NCBI GenBank assembly: GCA_002269645.1
Contig: NIVC01002999.1
Span: 62,001 to 126,000, forward strand
Reading direction: 5' to 3'
DNA length: 64,000 nucleotides
Source of the DNA: Macrostomum lignano
Taxonomy: Eukaryota
Below are positions 35,601-46,662 of the stretch, piece after piece. The notes beneath the pieces were generated by a model, which was not told the DNA's origin, did not search any database, and worked only from the letters and a program-made list of their open reading frames with translations. Position numbers and translations under genes: made by a program. The first letter of the stretch is position 1; every line of letters begins with the position of its first letter.

Positions 35601-37269
35601 TGCGATTCCGATGCCGATGAGTTCAAGGTTCTCGCAGGCAAATAAATTATTGTTAATTATTTGGAAAAAAATTGCAACTCAGTGCCTTCCTTAAACCCAA
35701 CCTGATGGACCGTTTAATCTCTGCTTCAACGGTGATGGATTAATTGATTGATTGATTTGATTTTGCGATGATCTCAGCTAGTACTGGAAAGTAAGTAGTT
35801 ATATGTTCAGCTCACAAATTTATTGTGTCTGTTTTGAGTTCATTTTAATTAGTTTCGCCTTTCATAAACTTTAACTGATTTGTCCTTGTTGTGTCCCGAC
35901 TTTTTACTCTTGGCTTTTTCCTCCGTTTTTCTCCTCGATTACGCTCGTGTATTGTACTGTACTACTCATCTGTGATAGCTTAGCAGTAGTATGCTTAGCA
36001 CATAATGCGATTTTCATCGCCCTGTCAGGGTTTTATTATATTATTAATCCGCTCTCATCTATTTGTGGCTTCTGTGTCTCCATTTTTTCTTAGAATAGAT
36101 TTTCTTACGTGTACACGCAGGCTACTAAGATTGTGTTAATATATGCTATAATTTCATGTACATGCAGCTCCCGCTCATTTTCCTGCTCTAGACCACACAT
36201 ACTAAAATAACTAGATGGGCCATTCAGTATAAAACAAGGCAGCTGAAATCACTTTGATAAGTTCAGAAACCCAAGCTTGCAGCCGTAAACAACTTGCTAG
36301 TTGGTTCAGCAATAATGTACATTGGCCAGTCCACTGAAATGTACATGGCAGCTTTAGGCTGGAATTCCGAGAATGGCAATAAAAATTGGGGCGGTGCGGG
36401 GGGTAGTGTGGAAAGGCGCGGTTGCAGGGTTTAAGTGGGGTAAGAGCCAATAAAGGAACCTTGGCTTAAAAAATACATTAAAATGCTTCCGTTTAACTTG
36501 CTACTGAAAGTAGCTTACACGCAAATGTGCTGAGTGGCTCATCTAGTTATTATAGTATATGTGCTCTTTACAAATTTACTCGTAAATGAAAAAACTCGAC
36601 CTCAGACTTTACATCGCCGCCCTTTTTTTCAAAACCTTGAAAAATTCTGTGATTCGAAAATTTTGCAGGCTTACACACACACACACGCTCTGATACACAC
36701 TTGCATTAATTTTCTCTTTGCTTCGTTCTTGTTTGATTGCTTTTTTCAGGCCATTCAAATAGTAACTACTACTCGCTGTCTGAGGTGATTAGTAGTGTGC
36801 TGCTAAGATTTATTGCCGGACACCGCGTGTTTTGGCAAAGCTTTGAACAAATTTACTCACTCTCTACTAGTAATTGAGTAGTATCATTTGCGCATAGGAT
36901 TTGGCCAGTTTTACTTCTGTGTGAGTTTTCTTGCTGGGTTAAAATTTGTCTCATATATCTTCCTCTGTGTGCGATTAAATCAAACTGCTTATTATTATTA
37001 TTATTTGCTAATATTAACTACAGTGGCATGTCTGCAAGTGGTAAATTATACCATATATTTATATATAAATATACTATACATACGCGAAACTTAACCGCAC
37101 AACACGTTGTGCTATAGCAGCCTTTCAAGTAGATAGCTAACAGGAGGGCTCAATGCGGTAACTGCAATCGGCTTTGTATTTTGGCACTGCGTATTTTTAA
37201 TCATATTTGCATGACGTCAGGCTCAATCAGAGAGCAGGCAAGCAGGTTCATCTCAATCATGTGAATGGC

Positions 37270-39115
37270 TTCTAAATCACACTTGAGAATCATTTCTGAA
37301 TCACACTTGATAATCGTTTCTGAATCACACTTGGGAATCATTTCTGAATCACACTTGAGAATCATTTCTGAATCACACTTGATAATCCGTTTCTGAATCA
37401 CACTTGAGAATCATTTCTGAATCACACTTGGGAATCGTTTCTGAATCACACCTGGGAATCGTTACTAAATCACACTTGAGAATCATTTCTAAATCACACT
37501 TGAGAATCATTTCTGTATCACACTTGAGAATCATTTCTGAATCACACTTGAGAATCATTTATGTATCACACCTGAGAATCATTTCTGAATCACACCTGAG
37601 AATCATTTCTAAATCACACTTGAGAATCATTTCTGAATCACACTTGGGAATCATTTCTGAATCACACCTGAGAATCATTTCTGAATCACACTTGAGAATC
37701 ATTTCTAAATCACACTTGAGAATCATTTCTAAATCACACTTGGGAATCATTTCTGAATCACACTTGAGAATCATTTCTGTATCACACTTGAAAATCATTT
37801 CTGTATCACACTTGAGAATCATTTCTGTATCACACTTGAGAATCATTTATGTATCACACCTGAGAATCATTTTTGAATCACACTTGGGAATCATTTCTGA
37901 ATGACACTTAAGAATCATTTCTGAATCACACTTAAGAATCATTTCTGTATCACACTTGGGAATCATTTCTGAATCACACTTGAGAATCATTTCTGTATCA
38001 CGCTTGAGAATCATTTCTGTATCACACTTGAGAATCATTTCTAAATCACACCTGAGAATCATTTCTGAATCACACTTGAGAATCATTTCTAAATCACACT
38101 TGGGAATCATTTCTGAGTCACACTTGAGAATCATTTCTGTATCACACTTGAGAATCATTTCTGTATCACACTTGAGAATCATTTCTGTATCACACTTGAG
38201 AATCATTTCTGTATCACACTTGAGAATCATTTCTGTATCACACTTGAGAATCATTTCTGTATCACACTTGAGAATCATTTCTGTATCACACTTGACAATC
38301 ATTTATGTATCACACCTGAGAATCATTTCTGAATCACACTTGGGAATCATATCTGAATGACACTTAAGAATCATTTCTGTATCACACTTGAGAATCATTT
38401 CTGTATCACACTTGAGAATCATTTCTGTATCACACTTGGGAATCATTTCTGAATCACACTTGGGAATCATTTCTGAATCACACTTGAGAATCATTTCTGA
38501 ATCACACTTGGGAATCATTTCTGAATCACACTTGAGAATCATTTCTGAATTACACTTGAGAATCATTTCTGAATCATACTTGGGAATCATTTCTGAATCA
38601 CACTTGAGAATCATTTCTGAATTACACTTAAGAATCATTTCTGAATTACACTTAAGAATCATTTCTGAATCACACTTAAGAATCATTTATGTATCACACT
38701 TGAGAATCGTTTCTGAATCACACTTAAGAATCATTTCTGAATCACACTTAAGAATCATTTATGTATCACACTTGAGAATCGTTTCTGAATCACACTTAAG
38801 AATCATTTCTGAATCACACTTAAGAATCATTTCTGAATCACACTTAAGAATCATTTCTGAATCACACTTGAGAATCATTTCTGAATCACACTTGGGAATC
38901 GTTTCTGAATCACACTTAAGAATCATTTATGTATCACGCTTGATAATCGTTTCTGAATCACACTTAAGAATCATTTCTGAATCACACTTGAGAATCATTT
39001 CTGAATCATACTTGAGAATCATTTCTGAATCACACTTGAGAATCATTTCTGAATGACACTTGAGAATCATTTCTGAATGACACTTGGGAATCATTTCTGA
39101 ATCACACTTGATAAT
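37270..39115. repeat. 24-bp minisatellite (TCACACTTGAGAATCATTTCTGAA)n
   Basis: About 76 units. Confidence 0.97.
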
Positions 39116-39689
39116 CGGTTGTAAACTGAGAATTGGCTAAATTTGTATCCGCGAAGGCACAGTTGAGTCAAGAATCTGCTGACGCCAAAAATATTGATCC
39201 GCAGGTGTTTCCGCGTTACTAAAATTAGATGCCAAGCAGCAGAGGCCCCTACAACGCAGGGCTTATGGGTCCTGCAACTGACTTCTGACGCTTTTAGACC
39301 GTCGAGCGCTTGCTAGCTGACTGCATCCCATCCCGCTGAAACACACCCCCCCATTTCAGCCTTGTTGGCTATTGAATATAATGTGAAACCCTCATCATTC
39401 CGGGGAGCTGCAGATGACAGATAAAGGAGGCTTCAATTAATCAGCCGCTATAGTATAGATTTGGAGCAAGAGTTATTTTATATATACGTATATTTGTCAG
39501 CGCTCAGTTAGATGACAAACAGCCAGCAAGCTACGGTAGACCAGAGTTAAATGGCAGTTTTTTCTACAGTCGCAGCCTAGCGCAGGTAGCAATGCTGCTG
39601 CTATGCAGGCATTGCTAGATGAGTTTTGTTCCTCTTTTAACTTCTGCGTGGCTCAGGCCGTAGGGCAGGGCTACGGGCCATTGTTTCAA

Positions 39690-39975
39690 CCGCTGACGTG
39701 AGCTGCATGGCTTGGCGACTCCATCACAAGGGGTGCTGGACAGAAAATCTGGACTGGGGGACTACGTTCTATCGATTGGAAAACATAGGATCACATGCCC
39801 ATTCCGCTCACACGGGGTGTACAAGCAGCGGCCCCCTGACTTCTCATCATCAGAGAAGACACGCACAGACAAACTCTGCCTTGGTGGTTTGGCCCTCATA
39901 GACGTGAATCGGGAGTCGAGCCCGGGCCTCCGGTGGAGCGAGAGTCGGACGCGATAACCCGCTGAGCCCAGTGCT
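39690..39975 (-). mobile_element. tRNA-derived SINE
   Basis: The minus strand begins GCACTGGGCTCAGCGGG (A-box-like) ... GGGCTCGACTCCC (B-box-like, 39911-39922), followed by a ~210-bp body. The 3' limit is approximate. Confidence 0.55.
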
Positions 39976-40533
39976 AGACTTGGTTGCTTTCCAATCCAGA
40001 TTAGACAATTATTAGAAGTCCATGACTCCACAGTGACTGATGACGTCTGCTAATAGTCTTAATAAAGCACAGGGCCTGTCGGGAGCGCCAGCATTAACCC
40101 GCTGCCAACCCCAACCCCGCACCCTCGCCGTTGCCAGGCGGTAGCGAAGTCAACAAGCCCGCAGGGTAGTGGACTCCCTCCTCTCACCCTCCACCTTCCC
40201 TTCTCTCATCCCTGTCCCTGCTGCCTGGTTGGCTACTAAAAATTAGAGAAAGAAAAATCCTTAGTCGCAAGAGCAGCGCTTTCGCACTAGACTAAAAACG
40301 GGCATTGTCCGGGACGCAAAGCAGAAATCCTCAAAAATAATCGGGATCCCAAAGAGTCCTTCGATTTTGAGACATCATCAATCTCAACTTGATTAAGGTT
40401 CAGAGTGAACGTCAGGGGTAAGTACGGCTAGGATTTCTCTGATTGATGACTTAGACCTGCCTATCAGCTTAAAACTATTTAGTTCGGAATTGTCTTCGTT
40501 GAAATTCCACAGACAAGCATTCGAATTGCAACA

Positions 40534-41609
40534 ATGGTGGCTACTGAGAAGCTCATCTTCGTCTGCCTTCTGGTCATGGCGTCTCTCGCTGCTGCTGAGG
40601 TGAGCTGACACTTGGCAAGCGTTTAGGTGAGGGGGGGGCGGTTCGACTTTGACGGTGCTGTAGTGTCTTGAGCCCTGACATTGGCCACTGAACCAGCCCT
40701 GACAATGGCCACTGAACCAGCCCTGACATTGGCCACTGAACCAGCCCTGACATTGGCCACTGAACCAGCCCTGACTATGGCCACTGAACCAGCCCTGACT
40801 ATGGCCACTGAACCAGCCCTGACAATGGCCACTGAACCAGCCATTACAATGGCCATAAAATTGCTGTCGCTTTTCCAGAAACTGGAATCGCCCGAGATAG
40901 AAGAGGAGGTTAAGGCTGTAGACAGGCAGCGTCACAGGCACCATGGTCACCACCGCGAAGGCGCTCTGCCATCGAGCCGCCACCGCAGCCCCCACGGGCA
41001 TCATGCTAAGCACGGACGGCACCACCACGCCAAGCACGGGTCCAACGTTGACAGACGAGCCGCCCTAGCCGACTTCAAACGCGCCGCCCTTTCGGACTTC
41101 AAACGTGCCGCCTTAGCCGACTTCAAACGTGCCGCCCTTTCGGACTTCAAACGCGCCGCCTTAGCCGACTTCAAACGTGCCGCCCTTTCGGACTTCAAAC
41201 GTGCCGCCCTCTCGGACTTCAAACGCGCCGCCCTAGCCGACTTCAAACGTGCCGCCCTTTCGGACTTCAAACGCGCCTCCCTCTCGGACTTCAAACGCGC
41301 CGCCCTAGCCGACTTCAAGCGCACGCCCGGGCACCGCAAGCAGCACCACAGTCAGGCCAGCGAGAGCAGGATGTCGCACAACAAAACCAAGTCCCAGGTA
41401 AGTAGCACCAAAAAAGGTTGAAAAAATCAATTTTACGCATATAACTGTCTGTGTATAGAACGGTCCTCTATTTAATTCAATTGATCATCATCCTGCAGTC
41501 TCACCACCCGAGAGACAGCAGCGGCAAGCGGTCCTACTACTGGGACGTCTGCAGCCACTGGATCAACGGTCGGGAGCGCCTCTACGTGTGCAAAAAGCAG
41601 ATCCGTTAA
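40534..41609 (+). CDS. Secreted multi-copy neuropeptide/prohormone-type precursor (231 aa)
   Basis: join(40534-40599, 40879-41397, 41499-41609), all phase 0 GT-AG; probable 5'UTR exon ending 40417 (intron 40418-40512). Signal peptide MVATEKLIFVCLLVMASLAAA, His-rich segment, RR then 11 x hexapeptide-KR, then GKR-SYYWDVCSHWINGRERLYVCKKQIR. Confidence 0.88.
40672..40855. repeat. 24-bp intronic minisatellite (GGCCACTGAACCAGCCCTGACATT)n in the prohormone gene
   Basis: About 7.5 units inside intron 40600-40878. Confidence 0.92.
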
Positions 41610-42719
41610 AGTTTGAAGACTGACTGACTCAAGCGACTGTTTAGAGATAGATTACTGTGAGAGTTGACGGAGACAGGTGAGAGTTGGTTGAGAAGGCTAA
41701 ATATAGTGTAAAAACAAGTTTATTATCGAAATTATAATTCCCGTCATGTGCTTAAACTATAATCTTCAAAATCATAGAGCCGGTTTGGCAACTAACAATT
41801 TTTTTTATTATTATCTTCTCACATAATATTGTGACTCAGTTTTCTTTTAGCTCGTAATTGTGACTTTCTGTTGTTTTATTTTAATCGGAATCATCGCTTG
41901 GCGAGCGTCACTTGTTCACTTGTGTCCAATATTAACCTCGAAAAATGTTTTGTCTTGTTTGAATTTTTAAGGAATATTAATCTGCTTTTTATAAGCACAA
42001 AGAAAGCTGTTTGTTAATTATAAATTTTTTCTGCAAATATGCCGGTTGAAGGTAATAATATTATTTATTCAAACACCTTTTTTTCGCCATCAATATAATC
42101 AAATCCGAAAGTTTGCTTTTGGTAAATCTTTTCTGTTTAACTAACTCGTCACTAAAACTTCTCTTCTTAATACACTTAATAAAAATGACCGACGTGAGTC
42201 TGCACCAGGACTCAATTAACCGAATCGCATTGGTCCCAAAAATGCAAAATTTCATCAAGGTGTTGCTTTTATTGATTATTGATCGGATGGTGATGTCTTC
42301 AATTAATCTCAAGTCAAATCTCCACTTCCGATTTTAGAGATCTTTAAAACAGATTTCCAAGAGATCATCTTCAGCAGTTTAATTTAACCAATTTATTTAA
42401 TTTAATCTTTAATTAATTGTAAGTTTGCTTTAACAAAGTCCATTTGCATTGTCTTTCTACTTTGCCAATTGTTGCTAGCGCACTAGAATTGGGATTATTA
42501 AAAAGACAAAAATGACTCCCCGACGTCTGTCTTTACTTTCTCTATTCATCCACTCTGTCTCGCTGCTTTTTGGCTTCTAAAACAAAATAGAAGGTGAGGA
42601 CCGCATGACTGACTACTTGGGGATGAAGGGGATTCGATCCGCATGAATGATGTAGATTGTACCAGCGTATACCACCAGTTCTGATGACTGCAGCAGTCTC
42701 GGGTTTTTCAACCCCCACG

Positions 42720-43370
42720 GCATCAATCGATTTGATCAATCAATAGTCGCATCAATCGATTTGATCAATCAATAGTCGCATCAATCGATTTGATCAATCA
42801 ATAGTCGCATCAATCGATTTGATCAATCAATAGTCGCATCAATCGATTTGATCAATCAATAGTCGCATCAATCGATTTGATCAATCAATAGTCGCATCAA
42901 TCGATTTGATCAATCAATAGTCGCATCAATCGATTTGATCAATCAATAGTCGCATCAATCGATTTATCAATCAATAATCGCATCAATCGATTTGATCAAT
43001 CAATAATCGCATCAATCGATTTGATCAATCAATAATCGCATCAATCGATTAATCAATCAATAATCGCATCAATCGATTTGATCAATCAATAATCGCATCA
43101 ATCGATTTGATCAATCAATAATCGCATCAATCGATTAATCAATCAATAATCGCATCAATCGATTTGATCAATCAATAATCGCATCAATCGATTTGATCAA
43201 TCAATAATCGCATCAATCGATTTGATCAATCAATAATCGCATCAATCGATTTGATCAATCAATAATCGCATTAATCGATCTGATCAATCAATAATCGCAT
43301 CAATCGATTTGATCAATCAATAATCGCATCAATCGATTTAATCAATCAATAGTCGCACCAATCGATTAAT
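42720..43370. repeat. 29-bp minisatellite (ATCAATCGATTTGATCAATCAATAGTCGC)n
   Basis: About 22 units, each containing the palindromes ATCGAT and TTGATCAA. Confidence 0.96.
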
Positions 43371-44254
43371 AATCGTATCATCTCATAAAACAATAAAACA
43401 TTCAATCATAGAACTTTAGGTACAGGTAAAATCAAGCAGCTCATAAACTCGATAAGCTGTGCTAAAAAAACTGCATGCTATACAAAGTTTACTATCCTTA
43501 TTTCAATTTTCCCCTCCCCCAAATTCATATACATCCACACGGGCAAGAATAATGGATACAGAAGCTACAACGCTTACGTCAAACCGATCGCATGACACAG
43601 CAGATGACGCTATCCCATCATCGGGAGCCGCCCCCACCGTCACCGGGCCTTCCTTACATTATATATTGAGCCCTAAAACCCAGCTAGCTATAGAGGGAAA
43701 AGCCGGGCGAAACAAAGCATCAAAGAATGCGAGCCAAATATGGAAGTCACCAGTTCAGACTGGGATTAGATAGATAGGAGACACGATGAAAGGCATGGCT
43801 GCAAAGAGAAAGGCATTTCAAATAAATTTAGCAAAAGCCATTGAATGCTTGGGCCAGCAGCCAGAGCAGAAGAGAGACCTGCTGACTGTATGGCTCTGGC
43901 CAGCTCAATGCAGTGAATGAATTGGCAATTGTTGCTGTTGCCATTCTCCTCCACAAGCATGGCCAACACACAACCGCTGCCCCCAGTCCCACAGCTGGGA
44001 AACAACTCTGCTATTTCGGACCATGGTTGAATAATTCAGAAAAGCAGAACGGCATTCTGCTCTGGCGGAGATGGGAGCTGGGAAGCTGCAGGTAGGAGAG
44101 GGAGGAGGCCAATGCAGCTCAACTAAAAGCTGAGAGGGATTTTTCAAGTTTGTTTTTTACAAACATTTTTCCAACACTTCGTAGCGTTGCGTCTGAGCTA
44201 CTGATATACTTGTGTTAGTAGTATTTGAGGCTTTTGCTGAAATTACAAAAGGCT

Positions 44255-44820
44255 GAGGAGGATCTGAGACGCTGGCCAAGCAGCTGAGGATCCGGGAGGC
44301 TGGCCCACCAGCTGAGAATCTCTGGGAGGCTGACTCAGCAACTGAGGATCTGAGAGGCTGAAAGCCCAGCAACTGAGGATCTGGGAGGCTGAAAGCCCAG
44401 CAACTGAGGATCTGGGAGGCTGGTCCAGCAACTGAGGATCTGGGAGGCTGACTCAGCAACTGAGGATCTGAGAGGCTGAAAGCTCAGCAACTGAGGATCT
44501 GGGAGGCTGGTGCAGCAACTGAGGATCTGGGAGCCTGGAAGCCCAGCAACTGAGGATCTGGGAGGCTGGTGCAGCAACTGAGGATCTGGGAGGCTGGTGC
44601 AGCAACTGAGGATCTGGGAGGCTGGAAGCCCAGCAACTGAGGATCTGGGAGGCTGGCCCAGCAACTGAGGATCTGGGAGGCTGGCCCAGCAACTGAGGAT
44701 CTGGGAGGCTGGCCCAGCAGCTGAGGATTTGGGAGGCTGGCCCAGCAACTGAGGATCTGGGAGGCTGGCCCAGCAGCTGAGGATTTGGGAGGCTGGCCGA
44801 GCAACTGAGGATCTGGGAGG
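44255..44820. repeat. 28/31-bp minisatellite (GCAACTGAGGATCTGGGAGGCTGGCCCA)n
   Basis: About 19 units of two length variants. Confidence 0.95.
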
Positions 44821-45670
44821 GTAGCAGATTAACTAAGGCAAGAATGGTATAAAATTAATTAAGTAATGAAGAGGAAATTTGTTTAATACACATCTCAGGC
44901 ACATTACATGCTTTTAAAATTGATGTATTGTGCAAAACATTTCCATTAAAAATATGCAAAAATTATATTTCACTCAATAAACCAAGTTCGGCATATTATG
45001 AAGATACTGATAGTATACAAACAAGCCGGTACTGACAATATTATAACAAAAACTGAATACATACAAACGAACCAGGCCACTTTCTTAAATAAAAATAAAA
45101 AGTTCGCATTGACCTGCACAGAACCAGTGTTTGTTGCATGCAGGAATCGGTAACTTTCACAGGCAATGTTGCAATACACTATTTTATAAATAGAAAAACA
45201 AAATTCCTTCGGGTTACATTAAAGTTATGAACAGAAAATTCGTATAGCCGTATATTCGTATAAAAACATATAGCCTAGAAAAAATAAAAAACTTCACCAC
45301 AAAAGCTCAATGTGTAAAATTAGGGAAAATTCTCAGATAATAAACACACAAAACTCGGCTGGCTACTTACTTGCAAGAGAAGTCGCAGTAGTCAGTAAGG
45401 AAAAATATATGTAATTGTTTTATTATTGAATTTCTACATATATCTGCATATGTTATGTTACATAAAAATGAGAAAACTAATTAGAAAAAGTTAGGCACAA
45501 AATAAGGTGTGTAAGATTTTATTGTGCAATTTTTACCTTTATGCACCTTGTTTTCCGCTTTGAGTGCAGCTGGTATACAGGAGCTGCAGCTGTATACCGA
45601 GCAAGAAAGAAAAGGGTGGCCAGCCAGGCCGATAAACAGTCCGGTTTTACTTTTGCCCGCTTGTGCCAGA

Positions 45671-45985
45671 CTTTGATTTCTCTCCTTACTGCTCTCTCAT
45701 TGGCTGAGCTAGCTTGGGCCTGCCCCTAGGCTGAGTTTCGTCTGTCTGACTTTGATCTCTCTCCTTACTGCTTTCTCATTGGCTGAGCCAGATTGGGCCT
45801 GCCCCTAGGCTGAGTTTCGTCCGCCTGACTTTGATCTCTCTCCTTACTGCTTTCTCATTGGCTGAGCTAGATTGGGCCTGCCCCTAGGCTGAGTTTCGTC
45901 CGCCTGACTTTGATCTCTCTCCTTACTGCTCTCTCATTGGCTGAACCAGATTTGGCGTGTCCATAGGCTGAGTTTCGTCTGTCTT
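45671..45985. repeat. 79-bp tandem repeat, 4 copies
   Basis: Units start at 45671, 45750, 45829 and 45908; most contain ATTGG (CCAAT reversed) twice. Confidence 0.9.
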
Positions 45986-46071
45986 GCGCAGACAAACTAC
46001 TGAGAAAAAATACTCTACCTATTAATTTGCGAGTGACATATTTGTGGCATTGCTATACTAATCACAGGCTA

Positions 46072-46212
46072 ATTGTAACACGATATAAATGTGTAAAGCG
46101 TGCACTAAACACTAAAAGCATTTAATGCACGCTAAAAGCGTGCTTAAATGGCTCGTGATCGCGTCTTGGCCGGAGTCATTTAATGCACGAGAAATATATA
46201 TCGTGTTACAAT
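46072..46212. mobile_element. Small inverted-repeat (MITE-like) element
   Basis: ATTGTAACACGATATA (46072-46087) and TATATCGTGTTACAAT (46197-46212). Confidence 0.6.
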
Positions 46213-46237
46213 ACTACTCAATACTTGGTTAACACGT

Positions 46238-46339
46238 TTTAAATATAGGATTCAATACTTGGTTTTGAGTGCTTAAATGTCTAGGTCACGAGTGCGCGAA
46301 GCCGAGACTCAAAACCAAGTATTGAATATTATATTTAAA
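46238..46339. mobile_element. Small inverted-repeat (MITE-like) element
   Basis: 33-bp arms TTTAAATATAGGATTCAATACTTGGTTTTGAGT and ACTCAAAACCAAGTATTGAATATTATATTTAAA around a 36-bp loop. Confidence 0.6.
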
Positions 46340-46662
46340 ACTACAATGCTTAAACGTTTGCTTTATTTAAGAATAAAGAAGTTTTATAGTTAAAGCTTTA
46401 AACAATTTATCTACTACTAACCCCTGCTAATTTCATAAACTGCCGATATCGGAGCTATAATAAAAAGCCACTAAAAGCTAAAATACAACAGGTGCATAAC
46501 TATAAACCAGTTCGAAGAAAAACGGAGAACACAATATACTTTAAAAAACGTCTCACCATGAGTTTATTTAGCTACAAAATTACCAAGGCCATTAACAGTA
46601 CAATACCAACTCTTACTGTGTGCGCGTGTCTTTGTGACCCAAACAATCTGAATATAATTTAA

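Noticed and set aside
37373-39056. MILKCDSE / HLRIISES repeat ORFs
   Set aside because: 24-bp satellite artefacts with no splice or start context.
40075-40180. Possible HDV-like ribozyme (CCCTCGCCG...GGC)
   Set aside because: I could not assemble P1/P2/P3/P1.1 pairings by eye; it would need an RNArobo or Infernal search.
40681-40878. MATEPALT repeats as part of the prohormone
   Set aside because: They lie in an intron. The upstream signal-peptide exon ends at a GTGAG donor, and read-through hits TGA two codons later.
43459-44147. Short ORFs (104, 79, 80, 60 aa)
   Set aside because: No recognisable motif, no consistent splice structure and overlapping frames.
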